In this document: positions 58,001-58,875 of the stretch, piece after piece
How the letters are laid out: every line of letters begins with the position of its first letter
How positions within the stretch are numbered: the stretch's first letter is position 1
Assembly (NCBI GenBank): GCA_000388065.2
Contig: KB932204.1
Reading direction: 5' to 3' (one strand)
DNA from: Fonticula alba ATCC 38817
Taxonomy: Eukaryota; Protista; Nucleariida
DNA length: 58,875 nt
Made by a program: the position numbers and the translations under genes
Notes under the pieces: model-generated
The model's database searches: none
What the model was told of the DNA's origin: nothing
What the model saw: the letters and a program-made list of their open reading frames with translations, nothing else

Positions 58001-58875
58001 GCAACCACCAGGAGGAGACCTCCCGGGCGCGCGCGCACGTATGCACACACGCACGCGCACGCGCGCACACGTACGCACGCACGCACGCACGCAAGTGCCC
58101 AAGGGCGATCCCTCCCCTGCGCCCCGGCGCGCGTCCTGTCATTTCGCCAGCCCAGCGCGGCCGGCGTCACCGGGCCCCGGGCGGAGAGGAGCGGAAAACG
58201 GGGGGGCCCGCGCCCGCCCGGTCCCCCGGCCCCTCCCCGTCGCCGGGCCTATTTGCGCGGCGCGCCCCCGGCACAATACGGGGACGATCCGGCGTGCTGG
58301 CTGACAGTCGTCCCACACCCACACACCCACACACACACACAGGCGCTCCCAGCCCCTTTTTCGCGCCGGGACCCGGCCGCCCGCTCCCTCTCTCCCCGGC
58401 CCTTATATTATCTTGTCAGGCGCCCTTGCGCCGGCGGGCCGCTGTCATGCCCGGTGGTCCCCCCCCCCCCCCCCCCCTCGATCTGTGCCTCGCCCCCTTC
58501 CACCACCGGTGGGGCGCCTGGGGCTCCCTGCTAACAAGAGCCAAGGGACAGCGAGGCAGGAGGGCAGCGGGGGCCAACGCGTATGATAACGCCCGGATAA
58601 TGGAGCGGCACGGCCAGGGCCGCCGGGAAAGGCCCCCCCTCCCCCGGTTGTGTGGAGCGCCCCGGCCTCCTCTCCGGACGGTCGGATGACGGGCCGGCTT
58701 CGCGCAGAGTGCCGGAGGGCGTGACTACCGACGAAGGTGAGGTGGGCTTCTTTGCGGATCTTCTGGCCCTCCGGAGCGCACACCCGTCGCCAGATCACTC
58801 CATTCCTCCCTGGTGGGGCCGCGGTGCATTTGCACCGCACACACCCAACCAAGGGAAGCCGGTGGCAGGGCAGGT

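Noticed and set aside
58445-58852. Minus-strand ORF at window end with a short coding-like stretch (EGQKIRKEAHLTFVG)
   Set aside because: Too short and runs into low-complexity sequence. It cannot be judged without the adjacent window.
1-58875. CRISPR arrays, tRNA/rRNA/snRNA genes, transposase or reverse transcriptase ORFs
   Set aside because: No repeat-spacer structure and no tRNA T-loop/cloverleaf, rRNA or spliceosomal snRNA signatures seen by eye; no mobile-element protein motifs. A covariance-model scan could still find divergent RNAs.

Overview
Eukaryotic genomic DNA: very GC-rich, intron-rich and full of microsatellites, with 14 N-gaps that mostly sit at G/C homopolymers. The gene content (HSF, bHLH-ZIP, TVP15-like, fungal-style tetraspanin, 7TM-RGS) points to an opisthokont-like protist. 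It is reminiscent of Fonticula alba, but I cannot verify that from sequence alone. I assembled 12 spliced genes by hand: a partial beta-propeller-like protein, a Cys-rich/PGSGS-repeat type I surface protein, NADP-IDH, BUD23, HOP2, an orphan coiled-coil protein, an HSF-type factor, a TVP15/COPI-associated protein, SHMT, a bHLH-ZIP factor, a tetraspanin and a 7TM-RGS fusion. For the 10 models whose length can be checked, exon lengths sum to a multiple of 3. Most ORF-track entries are GC-rich shadow ORFs. Main observations: (1) a near-exclusive C at position +4 of 5' splice sites (32/35 C, 0/35 A); (2) a 7TM-RGS receptor with a very large ICL2 and a split RGS domain; (3) one IDH gene with both a mitochondrial presequence and a catalase-type KANL peroxisomal signal; (4) a bHLH with a hybrid H5/E9/Q13 basic region; (5) an HSF with an 82-residue polyQ/acidic wing and a foreign exon-like block in intron 1; (6) the meiotic gene HOP2. 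I found no tRNA, rRNA, CRISPR array or recognisable transposon.
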